A stretch of DNA of 64,000 nucleotides, taken from the IMG/VR virus record IMGVR_UViG_3300002220_000288, positions 1 to 64,000 of that record. One strand, written 5' to 3'. The notes below the pieces were generated by a model that was not told the DNA's origin, did no database searches, and saw only the letters and a program-made list of their open reading frames with translations. The DNA is from a virus. Lineage: Duplodnaviria; Caudoviricetes. Position numbers and translations under genes: made by a program. Shown piece by piece: positions 18,128-27,500 of this stretch (its first letter is position 1; every line of letters begins with the position of its first letter).

Positions 18128-19366
18128 ATGGATTACAGAAAAATCATCACCGACGCCGGTTACACGGTTGATACGATAGGCCGATACAAGCTGGCCGCTC
18201 TTCTTGGCTGCGGGGAAAAGAAGGCAAGGAAGATCCTCGCAACCCTTCGTATCCCAACTGAAAATCCGGCAGTAAGCCATGAATACGTTGGGGATAAGTG
18301 GAATATTTCCTTAAAGGAAACCCGGATTCACACTCTTGAGCAATTGATCGAGTTCTTCGAGGTTGACGCATCTAAGTGGGAAGTCGAGAGGTTTATCTGT
18401 AACTCTTGGGAGGTCGGTGCTAAGGACAAGGACGGCCAGCTTCGTACCTCACCTCTTTATCAGGTAAAAGCTACTTTCAAGCGCGTCTCCTCTATCAACA
18501 TCGAGGGGCTAAAGAAGGCAGTTGAAGAAGTAAGAAAAGAGTTCTTTAGCAAGCCGTTCTCGTTTAGCAGGTCTTTTACGCCTATCGCAAACGAGGAGAC
18601 TGCTCTTGAGGTGAGTGTCTATGACGCCCACTTTGGCAAGCTGGCTTGGTCGGACGAGACTGGCTGGGGCAACTATGATACCAGTATCGCAACGGCTGGA
18701 TACGAAAAAGCTGTCGATACCATCTTGAGCCGGTGCCCTATCGGGTTCTCGAAGATTGTCTATGTGGTTGGGAATGATATCCTGAACTCAGACAATCGGG
18801 AGGGGACCACAACGAAGGGGACTCCTCAATCGAACGATTCGCGCTATCACAAAGTATTCTCAACTACTCTTAAAACGGTAGTAAAGCAGATCGAGAAGAT
18901 GCGGCAGATCGCGGAAGTCGATGTTGTGATGGTAAGCGGAAATCACGACGATTTATCTGTCTGGCACTTAGGTAATTGCATCTCGATTATCTACGATAAG
19001 CAGCCAAATGTAACTGTGTACAACGACCCAATACAGAGGAAGTATTGGAGTTGGGGTAAGAATCTAGTCATGTTCGAGCATGGCGATAAGGGCGCTCACA
19101 AAGACCGCCCGTTAATGATGGCCGTCGAACAGCCCGAACTGTGGGCTAAATCCAGAATCAGGGAGGCGCACATTGGACATCTTCATCAGGAACGAGTCTA
19201 TGAAAAGATGGGAGTTAAGGTTAGAATTATTCCGGCTCTATGCCCACCGGACTATTATCACTCTTCTCATGGGTATGTTGGGAACGCCCTCGGGGCGCAA
19301 GGGTTTATCTGGCATAAGAAAGATGGCTTGCTTGGTACGGTTGAATATTCGATAATGGAGGATTGA
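18128..19366 (+). CDS. Calcineurin-like metallophosphoesterase
   Basis: DAHFG, GND, GNHD, HGD, GHLH motifs. Confidence 0.82.
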   Translation: MDYRKIITDAGYTVDTIGRYKLAALLGCGEKKARKILATLRIPTENPAVSHEYVGDKWNISLKETRIHTLEQLIEFFEVDASKWEVERFICNSWEVGAKDKDGQLRTSPLYQVKATFKRVSSINIEGLKKAVEEVRKEFFSKPFSFSRSFTPIANEETALEVSVYDAHFGKLAWSDETGWGNYDTSIATAGYEKAVDTILSRCPIGFSKIVYVVGNDILNSDNREGTTTKGTPQSNDSRYHKVFSTTLKTVVKQIEKMRQIAEVDVVMVSGNHDDLSVWHLGNCISIIYDKQPNVTVYNDPIQRKYWSWGKNLVMFEHGDKGAHKDRPLMMAVEQPELWAKSRIREAHIGHLHQERVYEKMGVKVRIIPALCPPDYYHSSHGYVGNALGAQGFIWHKKDGLLGTVEYSIMED

Positions 19367-19367
19367 A

Positions 19368-19760
19368 ATGCTTCGCTCTATCTACTACGGCTTCCAGGCT
19401 AAAAGGATAAAAGAGGGGGAATGGCCTGACTACTTAATTGGCGGGATGGAAGGCTGGCGTTCTATTGTGAACGATCTCATAAACGACCTTTTCTCGATGG
19501 GATGGGACGGAAGCCTTCTTCAGATCAAAGAGAAGTTCGGCGGCCTTCGATTCTATATCGACGTTGGCACGGATGAGATGTATGACCGGATCGCCAGGGC
19601 CGAATCAGAGTCAGTAAAAACCTGCATGATTTGCGGTGAGCCGGGAGAGGTTAGCGGTGACTACTGGCTTACCGCCTTATGCCCGGAACACACTAAAGAG
19701 AGAGACAGTCGGCATGAATTATTGGATTCTGATTCCGGTACTGATAGCGCAGCAGTTTAG
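19368..19760 (+). CDS. Conserved phage hypothetical protein
   Basis: QIKEKFGGLRFY..CMICGEPG..LCPEH. Confidence 0.7.
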   Translation: MLRSIYYGFQAKRIKEGEWPDYLIGGMEGWRSIVNDLINDLFSMGWDGSLLQIKEKFGGLRFYIDVGTDEMYDRIARAESESVKTCMICGEPGEVSGDYWLTALCPEHTKERDSRHELLDSDSGTDSAAV

Positions 19761-20004
19761 CTATGTACTGGTAAGCAGGGCGAGGAATAGCAGCAGTATC
19801 CTTTACGGGACAATCGGCTCCGTAATAGCTAACGTAGCCTACTTCGTGGGGCAGATTCTGATGGTCGATCAGTTCATGAAGATCATCAGGTCTGCCGACA
19901 TGAATCACGCTTTGGCGTTAGGCTTGATTTACGTTGTAACAATGACGATAACCGCTTCCGTGTCGCAGTGGATGTGCATGAAGTGGTTTGAGAAAGGGAA
20001 GTGA
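19714..20004 (+). CDS. Small multi-pass membrane protein
   Basis: Three hydrophobic segments from MNYWILIP. Confidence 0.6.
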   Translation: MNYWILIPVLIAQQFSYVLVSRARNSSSILYGTIGSVIANVAYFVGQILMVDQFMKIIRSADMNHALALGLIYVVTMTITASVSQWMCMKWFEKGK

Positions 20005-20829
20005 ATGATTTACGCAAAGGTAATTGAAGACTCTATCAACGCTTACGGCGACAGACTGACGACGATGGAGGTCTGCATGCACCGCTATGTCCTAGCCGAG
20101 TTCAATACGCACAGGGCCTTCTCGCGCAATTCAGCAAGTTCCAGGGCGATCCCGGTAAGCAAGACGATTGAACAAGTAGAGAGCAACCTAGCTATGCCGG
20201 TTCAGTTTGGATCCGCTCAAAAAGGTATGCAGGCTGGGCCTCCACTTGAAGGCGAGGCTCTTGCCGATGCCCAGGAGGAATGGGAAGATGCGGCAAGCGA
20301 TGCCTGCAAGTCAGCTAGGAGATTACTAAAGCTGGGCGTTCACAAACAGGTAGTGAATCGACTCCTTGAGCCTTTTCTTTGGCATAAGGCAATCGTCTCT
20401 TCGACAGAGTGGGATAACTTCTTCTCTCAAAGATGCAGCCCTCTTGCTCAGCCTGAGATTAACGTCCTGGCCTGCGCGATGAGAGAGGCGCTGAACGGCA
20501 GCAGGCCGGTAGAGAAGAAGTACTTTCAATGGCACACCCCTTACTTACTTGACGAAGAGCGGGACCTGCCTCTATCTGTAAGGTTGAAGATTTCCGCCGC
20601 CCGATGCGCAAGGGTTTCTTACCTAAATCACGATGGAAAGAGAGACATGGAAAAAGATATCGAGTTGTTTGATAAGTTAGCTTCGGCTAACCCGCCGCAC
20701 TGGTCGCCCATGGAGCACGTAGCTTGCCCGTATGACGGAATGGGTGAAAGAAACTTCAACGGATGGGCGCAACTCCGCTGGTTCGCAGAGGAAGAGAGCC
20801 TTGAATTCTTGAAAGGGAAGGGAGAATAG
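20005..20829 (+). CDS. thyX: Flavin-dependent thymidylate synthase (phage ThyX-like)
   Basis: EFNTHRAFSRNSASSRAIP, SAARCARVSY, HWSPMEH. Confidence 0.85.
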   Translation: MIYAKVIEDSINAYGDRLTTMEVCMHRYVLAEFNTHRAFSRNSASSRAIPVSKTIEQVESNLAMPVQFGSAQKGMQAGPPLEGEALADAQEEWEDAASDACKSARRLLKLGVHKQVVNRLLEPFLWHKAIVSSTEWDNFFSQRCSPLAQPEINVLACAMREALNGSRPVEKKYFQWHTPYLLDEERDLPLSVRLKISAARCARVSYLNHDGKRDMEKDIELFDKLASANPPHWSPMEHVACPYDGMGERNFNGWAQLRWFAEEESLEFLKGKGE

Positions 20830-20830
20830 A

Positions 20831-21091
20831 ATGGGTTTCTGCCAAGGGACGTTCGACGGCAAGATAAACGAAGGGGCCGCTCATGACCCCGTAAACCACC
20901 CAAGCCACTACACGAAAGGCCCAATGGAGGTTATCGACATCATCGAGCAGTACGGTTTCTGTGATGACTTCCGCCTTGGCAACTGTATTAAGTACCTGTT
21001 CCGGCACGGTCTGAAAGGTACGCCGCTGCAAGACTTGAAGAAAGCCCGGTGGTATCTGGACCGCAAGATTGCAAGTATGGAGAAGGAGTAG
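20831..21091 (+). CDS. DUF3310 (SaV-like) protein
   Basis: DPVNHPSHYT..EVIDII..GNCIKYLFR..QDLKKARWYLDR. Confidence 0.88.
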   Translation: MGFCQGTFDGKINEGAAHDPVNHPSHYTKGPMEVIDIIEQYGFCDDFRLGNCIKYLFRHGLKGTPLQDLKKARWYLDRKIASMEKE

Positions 21092-21099
21092 TTCTTAAC

Positions 21100-21154
21100 T
21101 TGACCTAACCTATCTGTAGTGGTATTCTGTAGATTCACCGCTACAGATAGGTTA
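21100..21154 (+). promoter_or_regulatory. nrdAB promoter overlapped by two NrdR-like boxes
   Basis: TTGACC-17-TATTCT with extended TG; boxes AACCTATCTGTAGTGG (21107) and CCGCTACAGATAGGTT (21138), 31 bp apart. Confidence 0.65.
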
Positions 21155-21168
21155 ATCAAGGAGAACTC

Positions 21169-22953
21169 ATGACGGAGAAATACCTCGGCATTGAAATAGA
21201 CCGAGAGAGAAACCTTTTGTTTGATGAGCTTGGTCTAAAGCGCATGAAGGAGTCTTATATGCGCGATGAGGAGCACTGCCCACAAGAGCGATTTGCTTAC
21301 GTAGCAAAAGCTTTTGGAACCAATAAAGATCACTCCCAAAGAATGTATGAGTATATGTCGAAGCAATGGTTTTCCGCTTCGACGCCCATTTTGTCGTTTG
21401 GAAGGTCTAAGAGGGGGCTGCCAATAAGCTGTTATTTGCCGTATCTGCCAGACTCTTCCGAAGGCTTGGTTGATAACTTAGCAGAAACCAACTGGCTGTC
21501 AATGCTAGGCGGCGGGGTTGGAATTGGCTTAGGTATTAGATCCGCTGATGATAAATCTACAGGGATCATGCCACACCTAAAGACCTATGACGCTTCTTGC
21601 TTAGCGTATAGGCAAGGTAGAACCCGTCGCGGGTCATACGCCGTTTACTTGGATATATCTCACCCCGATATCATCCCGTTTCTTGAGATGAGAAAACCTA
21701 CTGGCGACCCAAACCAGCGATGCTTAAATCTTCACCACGGCGTCAATATTACAGATAAATTCATGCTAATCATTGAGAACTGCATGAAGGATCCAGGATA
21801 CGACGACTCTTGGGAGTTGATCGACCCAGCTTCCTCAAAGGTTAAAGAAGTAGTTTCGGCCAAGTACCTATGGCAAAAGATCATTGAACTTCGCATGGTT
21901 ACCGGAGAGCCATACATCCACTTCATTGATACCTCAAATCAAGAGATGCCTAAATTCTTGAAAGATAAAGGATTAAGCATCAAGCAGTCCAATTTGTGCA
22001 GTGAGATCATTTTGCCAACTAATGAGGAAAGAACGGCGGTTTGCTGTCTTTCTTCCGTTAATATCGACCATTATGATGAGTGGGTAAAAGATAGTCAGTT
22101 CTTTCTCGATATTGCCGAGTTTATGGATAATGTTTTGGGGTACTTTATCGTTCATGCTCCAGATACAATCCAAAGAGCTAAGTTCTCAGCAATGAGGGAA
22201 AGGTCAATCGGAATCGGTGAATTAGGGTTTCACTCTTACTTGCAATCCAAGATGATCCCATTTGAATCTTTAGCGGCCAAGATTTGCAACAAGCAGATTA
22301 CCAAGCATATTAGTGTTGAGATGCATAAGGCTAATATGGCTTTAGGTAAAGAAAGAGGTGAAGCCCCTGATGCTATTGGCACTGGCCGCAGGTTTAGTCA
22401 CGTAATGGCAATTGCGCCCAACGCCTCAACATCAATTATCATGGGGAACACTAGCCCATCCGTGGAGCCGTACAGGGCAAACGCATATCGTCAAGATACC
22501 CTATCCGGTTCTTATATGAACAAAAACAAGCATCTGGATAGGCTCTTAAAAGAGAAGCTTGGTGAAGATACGCAGGAGATATGGTCTTCTATTATTGCCA
22601 ACAATGGATCTGTCCAGCATTTGAAAGAGTTGACGGAAGATGAAAAGGCAGTATTTAAGACTGCTATTGAAATAGACCAGCGCTGGGTAGTTGAACACGC
22701 CGCTGATCGGCAGAAGTTTATCGACCAAGGCCAGTCTATCAATATCTTCTTTATGCCAGACGCCAGTATTAAATACATCCACGCCGTCCATTTCTTAGCG
22801 TGGAAGTCAGGTCTAAAGACCCTTTACTATTGCCGCTCTGAGAAGATAAGCAAAGTCGATAAAGTATCTCAAGCAATTGAGCGAAAGAAAATTGAGGCTA
22901 TTGACGTAAAGCAATTAGCCGATGGTGAATCCTGTCTGGCTTGCGAAGGGTGA
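21169..22953 (+). CDS. nrdA: Ribonucleotide reductase class I alpha subunit (no ATP cone)
   Basis: STPIL, PISCY, GGGVG, QSNLCSEI, AIAPNAS, KTLYY, C-terminal CLACEG. Confidence 0.95.
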   Translation: MTEKYLGIEIDRERNLLFDELGLKRMKESYMRDEEHCPQERFAYVAKAFGTNKDHSQRMYEYMSKQWFSASTPILSFGRSKRGLPISCYLPYLPDSSEGLVDNLAETNWLSMLGGGVGIGLGIRSADDKSTGIMPHLKTYDASCLAYRQGRTRRGSYAVYLDISHPDIIPFLEMRKPTGDPNQRCLNLHHGVNITDKFMLIIENCMKDPGYDDSWELIDPASSKVKEVVSAKYLWQKIIELRMVTGEPYIHFIDTSNQEMPKFLKDKGLSIKQSNLCSEIILPTNEERTAVCCLSSVNIDHYDEWVKDSQFFLDIAEFMDNVLGYFIVHAPDTIQRAKFSAMRERSIGIGELGFHSYLQSKMIPFESLAAKICNKQITKHISVEMHKANMALGKERGEAPDAIGTGRRFSHVMAIAPNASTSIIMGNTSPSVEPYRANAYRQDTLSGSYMNKNKHLDRLLKEKLGEDTQEIWSSIIANNGSVQHLKELTEDEKAVFKTAIEIDQRWVVEHAADRQKFIDQGQSINIFFMPDASIKYIHAVHFLAWKSGLKTLYYCRSEKISKVDKVSQAIERKKIEAIDVKQLADGESCLACEG

Positions 22954-22957
22954 TGAT

Positions 22958-23917
22958 ATGCAATTAACTGACAACCGTGCGGCTTTTAAGCCATTCTCTT
23001 ATGAATGGGCATTTGAATATTGGCTAATGAGTGAACAATCTCATTGGCTTCATACTGAAGTCGAGATGATTCAAGATGTCAATGATTGGAAGCAAAAATT
23101 GACAGAGCAGGAAAAATACTTCCTGACTCAGATTTTTCGCTTTTTCACGCAGGGGGATATTGATGTCGCAGGCGCTTACGTGACTAATTATCTCCCTATG
23201 TTTAAGGCTCCTGAAGTAAGGATGATGCTGTCTAGCTTCGCGGCTAGAGAAGCATTGCATGTAGCGGCATATTCGCATTTAGTCGAAACTCTTGGGCTGC
23301 CAGAAAGTACGTACAACGAGTTTCTTCAATATAAAGAGATGGCCGAAAAACATGAGTACGTGCAAGAAGTGTCCTCTCTTGACCAGTCTCAAATTGCTAA
23401 GCAAATTGCTTGCTTCTCTGCGTTTACCGAGGGGATGCAGTTGTTTTCTTCGTTTATTATGCTTCTGAATTTCCCACGCAACGGGAAAATGAAAGGCATG
23501 GGTCAAATAGTCACATGGTCAATCACGGATGAAAGCCTACACACTGAAGCGATGATTCGATTATTCCGTGCTTATATCGAAGAGAATCGCCATTTATGGA
23601 ATGACGACCTAAAGAAACAGATTTACACCGTAGCTGAAGCAATGGTGACTTTGGAAGATAGGTTTATTGACCTTGCTTTTTCAATGGGGCCAATGGAGCG
23701 GCTTACTTCCGAAGAAGTTAAAAAGTACATTCGATATGTGGCCGACCGGCGACTGATCTCTCTTGGCTTAAAAGGAATTTTTAAGGTCAAGAAGAACCCA
23801 CTGCCTTGGGTAGAGGAGATTATAAACGCTCCTATCCACACAAATTTCTTTGAAAATAGGGCAACTGATTACTCAAAGGGGGCGCTTACGGGATCGTGGG
23901 GAGATGTATGGGCGTAG
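22958..23917 (+). CDS. nrdB: Ribonucleotide reductase class I beta subunit
   Basis: REALHVAAY, EGMQLFSSF, DESLH, NFFENRATDY. Confidence 0.95.
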   Translation: MQLTDNRAAFKPFSYEWAFEYWLMSEQSHWLHTEVEMIQDVNDWKQKLTEQEKYFLTQIFRFFTQGDIDVAGAYVTNYLPMFKAPEVRMMLSSFAAREALHVAAYSHLVETLGLPESTYNEFLQYKEMAEKHEYVQEVSSLDQSQIAKQIACFSAFTEGMQLFSSFIMLLNFPRNGKMKGMGQIVTWSITDESLHTEAMIRLFRAYIEENRHLWNDDLKKQIYTVAEAMVTLEDRFIDLAFSMGPMERLTSEEVKKYIRYVADRRLISLGLKGIFKVKKNPLPWVEEIINAPIHTNFFENRATDYSKGALTGSWGDVWA

Positions 23918-23946
23918 TGGATCTTCCTGCGAACTTACATAAAACT

Positions 23947-23970
23947 AAAGGGGGCTTAGGCCCCCTTTCT
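23947..23970. terminator. Bidirectional intrinsic terminator between convergent arms
   Basis: AAAGGGGGC-TTAG-GCCCCCTTT. Confidence 0.8.
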
Positions 23971-24290
23971 TATTCCTGGATTCCGTACATTATATCCCAG
24001 ACATCGTGAAGTGTTCTGGTGTACGTCCTATCTTTGCTGTATCTAGCGACTTCGTTCTTGAAGTTGCTCCAGTCTTGCTCATGAGCAAGTTCGTACATCA
24101 TTGAGCAAGCCGTGCTTTTGTCTGTTTTGATCCTGTACTTATAGTCCGTACCGATATTTTCTTCGATTGTGCCTTCAAGCAAGAAACGGTCCTTTAGGGA
24201 CTGAAGATGGTTTTTCTTCCGGCCTCTAATCCAGGTAATATCCCCATTTACGGATAGGCTATAAAAGCCATATCTGGTAAAAATCCACAT
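23970..24290 (-). CDS. Hypothetical protein (MWIFTRYGFYS..DYKYR..NFKNEV type)
   Basis: Coupled downstream of the polyvalent gene. Confidence 0.7.
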   Translation of the reverse strand: MWIFTRYGFYSLSVNGDITWIRGRKKNHLQSLKDRFLLEGTIEENIGTDYKYRIKTDKSTACSMMYELAHEQDWSNFKNEVARYSKDRTYTRTLHDVWDIMYGIQE

Positions 24291-24291
24291 T

Positions 24292-24558
24292 CTATTCTTT
24301 CTCTCCTTTTTTATTCAACGGCTCCGGCTGGTCAATCTGCCTTTGCTCGTATACAATTCCATTATCTCCGTCGCCTATCAGCCACCGGAACCTGTGGTCA
24401 AACAAGCCAAGGAAGATGGCCGTTGGTATCCCCTCAGGAAATGCCTTGCATACGTAAGGCTCTTCCGGGTCCCGGTGAGCGCATGTTTCGCATAGCGTGT
24501 TGAGGGCTACGCCGGAATCTCCAAATTCTTTAAACTTCTTTTTCTCTTCTTTGCTCAT
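24292..24558 (-). CDS. Small Cys/His protein, candidate immunity partner of the ART domain
   Basis: CETCAH..CKAFPEGIP..IFLG..DHR; ATGA-coupled to the ART-ending gene. Confidence 0.65.
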   Translation of the reverse strand: MSKEEKKKFKEFGDSGVALNTLCETCAHRDPEEPYVCKAFPEGIPTAIFLGLFDHRFRWLIGDGDNGIVYEQRQIDQPEPLNKKGEKE

Positions 24559-27500
24559 TGTATTTCTCCTGGCGTTTGGTCAACGATATCGACGAACACT
24601 TCCCATACATTTGACGATGGCGAAGCGCCGCTCTTCGTATGCTTGATCTCCCTAATTACGTAAGTAGTCCCGCGAGAAAGAATTACTTCGTTTTCTGGGT
24701 GGCTTGATATGGAGCTTACGTCTATCCCGTGGAAGTTTTTTCCAGCGTTTATGATAAACTTGATTCTGCCTTTGCTTGTATCCTGAAGGCATATCGAGCT
24801 ATCAGGATTCTTACTTGTGCTTACATAGCAAATCTCAGTATACGACTTCCCTTTAAGTAGGTCAAGGTTGTTGTCAGCGATTCCGCCCTCATCCATTCCG
24901 AACCATTTCCAGAAAAACTTAGAGCCAATATTCCTTACTAGTTTTACGTTCTCTCCTAGTTTTGACTTTTTGAACGCTGCGTCCATCGTTTTTATGTATT
25001 TCTTATTGCTTTCCGATATCGAGTTTCCTGAATTGAAATACTCACCAAGGGCTGTGTTTACAGAACTGGCCATGGTCCCGGTGTACTTCTTGAGTGTGTC
25101 TTTCTGGGTTTTGTTTAGATTGGAAATAACAGCGCTCTGAGCGGCTTTGAATTTATCTTTTTTGCCTGGGTCTATGTCTCCTGCGGCAGCAGAGGTAGCG
25201 GACCCTGAGTACGGAAACTTGAATTCATCCCCTGGTTGTTTTTCGGTGAAGTACTGACTGATCGGGGCGATCCATTTTTTGTCTATTACTTGCAGGAATG
25301 GCTGGAACTGTAGGTATTTCTGCTTGGCTTCCTGTATTGCTTGGTCTATGATAGAGGGCTGGATATTGCCGTTTTTCTTCTGAGCATTCTTCAGTATGGT
25401 ATTAGCCTTCTTTGCCTCGCTGTGGGATTTGCCGAATAATCCGGCTAAGAAGGCGTAGTTGTTCAGTGCGTCTTCATTTGAGATGCTGCCCTTCGTGACG
25501 ATGCCCTTGCTTTGGGCTTTATAGTTCTGAACCCACTGTGGCCGAGGCGGAACCGCACTCACACTGGCCAGAGCAGCTCCAGAAGGTGCAATGTATCCGG
25601 TCGCTTTAGCAATCTTTCCACTGCTTGCGACGTACTCCAGATATGGTTTTACTAGTTCTGAGTAGTACTTCTTTCTCTCTTTGTCAAAGTCAGTAGCTGT
25701 TCCAGAGGCGATCTTTTGGTCGTACTCAGATATCTTCTGATTAGCTATGTTTATCTGGTCTTGTACGTAGGACATCGAAGCCGCACTGCTTCCTGTCGAT
25801 GTCCTGCTCCCAGCCACTTTGTTGAGAACCTTGATAAACGAACTCTTGTTGTCTTGCGTCATTTGGTTGTACTTATCCAAGAACTGCTGGGGAACAGAGA
25901 ACTTGCCTTGATTCGTGGAAAGATCGCCCATCTGGGTTAGCACTGGAGTGGATGCTGATTGTGTTGCTGTTGATTGAGCGGCAGCAGTGGCAGGCTGCGC
26001 GGCAGTGGTTTGCGATGGCGTAGATGGCGCTTGTGTTGTAGTAGGGGCCTGCTGCGAGACTTGCGGGGGCGCTGGGGGCGGCTGCGTTACTGATGGCTGT
26101 ATCGGTGGCTGTGCGGTAGTCTGCGGTACTGAAGAAGTTGCAGTAACACCGGCCTTCTGAAGAATGGAATTCTTCCTCTGAATTAGGTTTTCAGCCAGAG
26201 CAGCTTTGTCCGCATCGCTCCCCCAACCGTATGTATTCACTAACTTCTTGATTTTTTCATCAGTGATAGACTCCAAGAATTTAGCACTGTCTTTTAGCTG
26301 AGAAGCTGTCATCTTTCCGAAAACAGCCTTCTGCTCTTGGGTAGTCGTCCGCATTGATTCAAACTCTGGAGCAGACGGGTCCAGTAGCCCGTTGATTACC
26401 CCATGAGATGACCCCTTAGGAAGTCCCTGTGCTCTGAATAGCAAGGCCCCGCCTGGGTCAATATTGACTGCCTCATCGTTTTGATTTATGGATAGATTGT
26501 CGTACCCCATTCCGAGTACGTCATAGTTAGCAAGCCAAGCATGAAGCGCGAACGTCTTTTGCGCCGCTTTAAGATGTTCAGAGTTGTTCGGGTTGAAGTA
26601 GTATAGCGACGGAACTTTTTTACTCGCCACCCCAAGTCCGCCACCATACTTTCCTTCGAGGTCAATCAGTTTCATATCTGGAGCGGCAAACTTAACTACT
26701 GATCGAATTAGCTTCGATGCCAAAACTTCGTTTGCTGCTCTATTGTCGCTCTGTTCTGGGGGTACAGAGCCAGAGACCTTCTTACTGTTCCCTTTTACAA
26801 GCCACTCTGTATTTCCGTCCTTATACCATCCGCCCGGATTGCTTCCACCTGTTTTCGGTGCAACTTCCTGGCCGTAAGTAGATAGCTTTCTAGGTGTCCC
26901 ATCTTTAATCTCTGCAAGCTTCCCGGAAGAAATCATCTTTTCAAGGTCGCTAATGATGTCTTTGTCGATTTGCTGGTTTAAGAGGCTCTTGGCATCATCT
27001 AACGTGGCGAGCTTGACTGCTTGCGCCTCCCATCCCATGTTCTTAGGGGTTCCGCCAGTCCTCTTGGCTAGATAGTACCTAACCTTAGAGGTACTCTTTT
27101 CGTAATCACCAACTACGCCGATGATGTCCACCTTGAGGCCAGTTTCCTCCCACGCCTCTTTAATGGCATTTTCCTGCATAGTGAGATTGGGGTCGAGTTT
27201 TCCTTTTGGCAGTGTGTTGTCATATCCGCCAAACTGATTTGTCGGAGAAATCAGCCAGACCCTCCCATCATCTTCTACTACAATTACGCCAGATGCCGAC
27301 TGCTTGCTTGGGTTTGGAGTGAAGGGCTTGCGGGTATCTAGTCGTTCATTTACACCGCTTATTTTAGACCACCCGCCCTGAGGTGGGTTCCAAGGCTCCA
27401 GCTTCGTATTTCCTATTAAATCAGGAGTGTCCCCTTCCGGGACAAATACAGCAGTGGTGGCTGGGTCTGTCCAAGTTGCATCCGGCGTTGGTGTTGAAGG

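Noticed and set aside
928-23841. Minus-strand ORFs opposite early genes (e.g. 3056-3520, 4850-5557)
   Set aside because: Antisense shadows with no recognisable motifs.
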